Below, one piece after another: positions 59,766 through 64,000 of a DNA stretch of 64,000 nucleotides. A program made the position numbers and the translations under genes. Position 1 is the first letter of the stretch; the number at the start of each line of letters is the position of its first letter. The stretch is from Tubulanus polymorphus (Eukaryota > Animalia > Nemertea). Under the pieces are notes generated by a model. That model did no database searches. It worked only from the letters and a program-made list of their open reading frames with translations, and was not told the DNA's origin. The stretch spans positions 5,116,485-5,180,484 of the forward strand of contig NC_134027.1 in the NCBI RefSeq assembly GCF_964204645.1. The letters run 5' to 3'.

Positions 59766-60290
59766 TTGTGGGAGTCTGTGCCTGTAAGTTATATATAAGT
59801 ATGGTTTGTAGCGAGTCTAGGAACACCCAAACGATGTGGGTTAGACAAGGCCATAGGTCAAATGTGAATGGAGATTCGGATATGAAAGTATCCTCAGTTT
59901 GCAGTACAAAACCTTGTATTCCTATTCATCAGATCTCTACAGAACTTAACAATTAGTGTATCAATACACAATATGCCCTCATTTATTAGCAAAAATTAGT
60001 ACATTTTAAGATATTAAACAAATACTTAGAAACTTAAAAACTAAACATCCGCTGTTTCATGTTATATGCAAAGAGTTAAAATACATAAACCATGATACAT
60101 GCACCAGTATCATAATACAAACATTCACCAAATAACCTAAGTGTTAATGTAAGGATAAGCAAAATTAAAATTGGTACATTGATACTAATAATATATGAAA
60201 TGATCTTATCATTATGCATAATCTGTTCAAGAAAGTACATGGATAAGATATTGCAAAAAAACACTATTAAAATATATTTCATATTCTTAT

Positions 60291-63200
60291 CTATTTTGAT
60301 TTCTCCTGTTTCTGCTTATGTTCTTTCCTATGTTTGGCTTGCCAGTCTTCAACTGAAATTAAGATATAGCCTTATTTACTCTTTAGAGGCATTTTATAGA
60401 TAGTGGCAACTTCATTTCCTGCATGTACCTTGACAGTTTCGACTGCAGTAAAACCGAGATTCATCCCAATTCTCTTCTTTACACCTGAAAGTAAACATTT
60501 TATGAATTTATAATCAGTTTTTGTCATCAACGACTTTGAACAACAAAGACTAACTTACTTTTGACATTTCTTGTAAACCCTAAGAGCAAGTTCTTCTTTA
60601 CCGCAATTCGCACATGTTTTCAATTTCCGCTTGCCATTTTCTTTATTGAGAACCCCAGCTTTTGGAGAATCCGTTGACAGTTTATCAATAGTTTCCGTCT
60701 TGCTCGATGCACCTTCTACAAATAGCCAACAACAAGTGATAGGAACATTGAAGCAGAATTTGTAACATTGAGATGAATCTAGAAGAATGCTCAACATACC
60801 AGCAGGACTAGATTCTTTAGTTTGTTGTTTCCTAAATTCCTTCTTCTTTTCATCTAATTTCTTACCCTCATCTGCAGACACACTTTTCAGATGATAGGCA
60901 GCGTCGAGGAAAAACTCAACAGAAGCCGATTTATTTCTATCCGTTTTTGGGATAAGTGCCTCAATTTCGGACACCATTATGACAATCCTTTTCTCAATTT
61001 TCGTCATCGAATCTCGACAGTGTTTTAAAATTCCACCACACTTAACTAGACCGTGAATATCATCAAAATAGAAGTTACCTGAATAAAAAGATATGAAAAG
61101 TTTTCTTAACATTATAGCTACATTTCTGATTGATCTGTCAATTATTCAATTTTGACAGCAGAAAATCCAATCACCTCCTTTTTGAAATGCTGGTTTTATA
61201 CGTTTTATAATCTTCTTACAACGAGGTAAATGTTTGATAACATCTTGGGCTGTCTCAATAATTTCATCCAAATCCAATCTTGATATCTACAATTCAAAGT
61301 AATGTCACATATCATTTTGTTCACATCAGTAATAACGAAATTGAAAAAGAAATATATAAATTTATTAAAATTCTTACCAATACCCCTTGAGGTACATCGT
61401 TATCCATTTCTAGTAGATCATGGATCGCAAAAATATGTCTAGCATTAGTACATTTCTGAAAAGAGCAGAAATTTCAGCATGAAAATATATGATTATTATA
61501 AGCCAGGATTAGATAAGCATCCATATATCTTTTTACCTCCTTAGCAAGACTTTTAAGAAATTCAATATCTAGTTCCCACTCCAATAAGATCAAACTCGGA
61601 GGAACCATACAGTCAGGCATCTCATCCACAGGAAAAGCCTGAAAAGACAATAGTTACCCATACACTAACCGAATTATTAATTGCCTGTTAAAATGCATAT
61701 CTATACCAGTTTGCCTTGACGGAATTCTTCAAGATGCTTTCTACATGCACAGTGGTGTTTACAACCATTCTAAAAGGATAAATATTCCACCATTTCAATC
61801 AAACACGTTACGTATAGGGACGCATGAACACCACACGTACCGGTATGTTTGTTCAATTCAGTTACCGGTACCTCAATCTCCCCTGAAAAATCTTGTTGTC
61901 CACTCTGATAATAGATCGATTTAGCCATTGTATCTAGAGTGGCCATGTGTACTTCATATTGCAAATGTAAAATCGTCCAACATCTTCTTCCATTCTACAA
62001 AATGCATTCAAATAAATAATCGATACTAATATTTTTCATCGTCAAAGCTCAATAATTACACTTCAGAGATATTCTCCCCTGAAACCGGTCTTAACTGGTT
62101 AGTGGTGAACAATTGCAATCATACTATTTCCTGATGTATGCGACTAACCTTATCTTTCACAATATTCCTCTTGAAAGTTTGATCTCTAACTTCCCTTTGC
62201 CACAACTTGGTCTTTGATTCAGTACTTCCACTGAGTTCTATCATTGAAGGACTTCGAAGAAATTTCATTAGCATAGTATCTTCCATACTATCATCAGTAA
62301 CTCCAGTAGCTTCCAGCTTCTTTGGTTCTTCAGTTTTCAATTCATTGAACCTTTTGATGATGTCCCTCATTGAAACATCTGGTAACTCAACTAAATTCCT
62401 TTTACTTTTCTTCGCTTTTTTTGACTGTGCTAAAGGCTCACTTTTAATGTCCTTTTCATTAGACACTTTAGAATTTCTAGGTGAAGCAGTGCTTTTCTCT
62501 TTACAATCAGCTGCACTGCATCCTTGAACTGTTGTTTTGTAATTCAAGTTTTTACTGGTAGCACCGCAAGTGTCTTTTCCCTGCTTCCGCATCAATGTAG
62601 AATTGTCCTTGTGGACAGTTACTTCAGCTGGAGGTATAGCATTTTCTGGATCACCAGGTTTAGGCCGAGGAAATCTTATTGAATACGTCAAATTCTCTTC
62701 ACCATTTTCCGCCACAAATGAAAGAATTCTATCTGATCCAGTTTCATCGATAGCAATATGGACTATCTTATAATCATCAGGCAGAATACCAGCAGGTAAG
62801 AATGACCTCACTGTAACTTCTAGGTCCTCTAAATCCTTTTTGTGTTTATTCTTCGAACCGCGTTTGTGTTTCTTCTGCGTGTATTGTTGTTGTCCATCTG
62901 GAACATGTGAGCACTTTGAATCGTCACAACATTCCGTGGTAATGAACTCAGAAAATTTGGAATTGTACGTTATTTCATCTAGCTGAGCCTGCAGATCTGG
63001 ATCATGATCAATAAGTACTTTAGCTTGTCCAGTTCTTGTTTTATCAACTGCTGATGATTTACCAGACGTGGTTTGCTGCTGTTTATGTGAAAGCCAGTAT
63101 GGCTCTACATATTTCGCTTCAGTCGTATTCGGATGTTCGATGTCATAATTATCTTTTGGATCGACATACTTTTTTGCAAAAATGATAAACTGCATATACT

Positions 63201-63995
63201 GATCTTTAGTAAGGCCATCACGCCAGTCCTTCTTCTTGTCCCAATTTTTAATAAACAAGGGATTTTTGCTGTCAAAAAACATTCGAGGATTCCCCTGACT
63301 CCAACCTTCAAGAAAACAAGGCCCACTTGGTGAACCATTACGCAACTCCTCTTTGTAACGAATTGCACCATCTTTGGCCAAGTCAAAATATCGGGAAAGA
63401 TACGATGTCCATTCAGGATGTAATGTTTTTGGTTCATTATTTAATCCACCACAAAAGCTGTCGTCATCACATTCTTCAGCATCAATCCATGTTCGAAGAC
63501 ATGCAATACTAGCTCCTCCAAACTTCAGGTATAGCGGTAGATATATATAGACCTGTATTAAAGGGGTAAATAGAATTTGAAATAAATCCAGTTCCCTACA
63601 AGATTTTACAATTTCGTCAAATTTCTTCCAGTCTCCAAGATTTCGTCATCTGACTTAAACTAGAACCTACTTTTACATAAGAAGACCTTTCAGTAGCTGG
63701 ACCAAATAAATTCCGGAATGTTTCCCTTTAAGAAATATAGAATATACTTGAGATTTGCGAATTGATTTTCTTTTTCACTTCATGAAGTCGCATTTCAAAA
63801 TGGAAATTATCAGTGTAACATAAAAGCAGCGACAATATAGGCATATCTCACCTTGTATCCTTGTAATAAAACGGATCCTTCGCTGCAATAAATAAACCTT
63901 ATGATAAAACAAATTGGACAGAATTTTACCTTTTCTTCAATATGTATAACTAAAACTCACCAAATGATTTTGATTCCAAATATTGAATCATATGT
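60291..63995 (-). CDS. Large uncharacterized protein with C-terminal MYND-type zinc finger (5' end outside window)
   Basis: Phase-consistent exons 63961-63995, 63852-63882, 63671-63725, 62149-63552, ~61870-61994, 61707-61769, 61537-61638, 61378-61455, 61175-61286, 60800-61078, 60559-60715, 60429-60484, 60291-60352; spliced end CANCGKEELALRVYKKCQKCKEENWDESRFYCSRNCQVEDWQAKHRKEH. Confidence 0.8.
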
Positions 63996-64000
63996 CTGTA

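Overview
AT-rich, gene-dense eukaryotic DNA with short GT-AG introns. It is from an invertebrate animal; a spiralian/lophotrochozoan is my inference from gene and TE content and is not proven. By hand-splicing I can support ten protein-coding genes: B-Raf (- strand, 3' part outside the window), a secreted two-PAN/Apple-domain protein (+), a CD225/dispanin membrane protein (+), PRP4 kinase (+, ~1060 aa), a single-exon-CDS Toll-like receptor (-, 857 aa), CaMKI (-, ~325 aa), a Snail/Scratch-like C2H2 factor without a SNAG domain (+), MEAK7/TLDC1 (-, ~458 aa), a CUB-like/LDLa single-pass receptor with a YPPQQG-repeat tail (+, ~340 aa), and a large MYND-finger protein (-, 5' part outside the window). 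Mobile DNA comprises a 5'-truncated, frameshifted LINE, an internally deleted hAT-like element with a 6-bp TSD, several MITEs, tRNA-like SINE heads and a TIR-bounded element carrying a ~190-bp tandem array. The most striking observation is that B-Raf has two tandem, phase-matched exons that each encode the inhibitory CR2 14-3-3 motif (RSTSAPNV). They cannot be joined in frame, so they are candidate mutually exclusive exons, and only one keeps the Akt RxRxxS consensus. Exon coordinates were read by eye and need RNA-seq confirmation.
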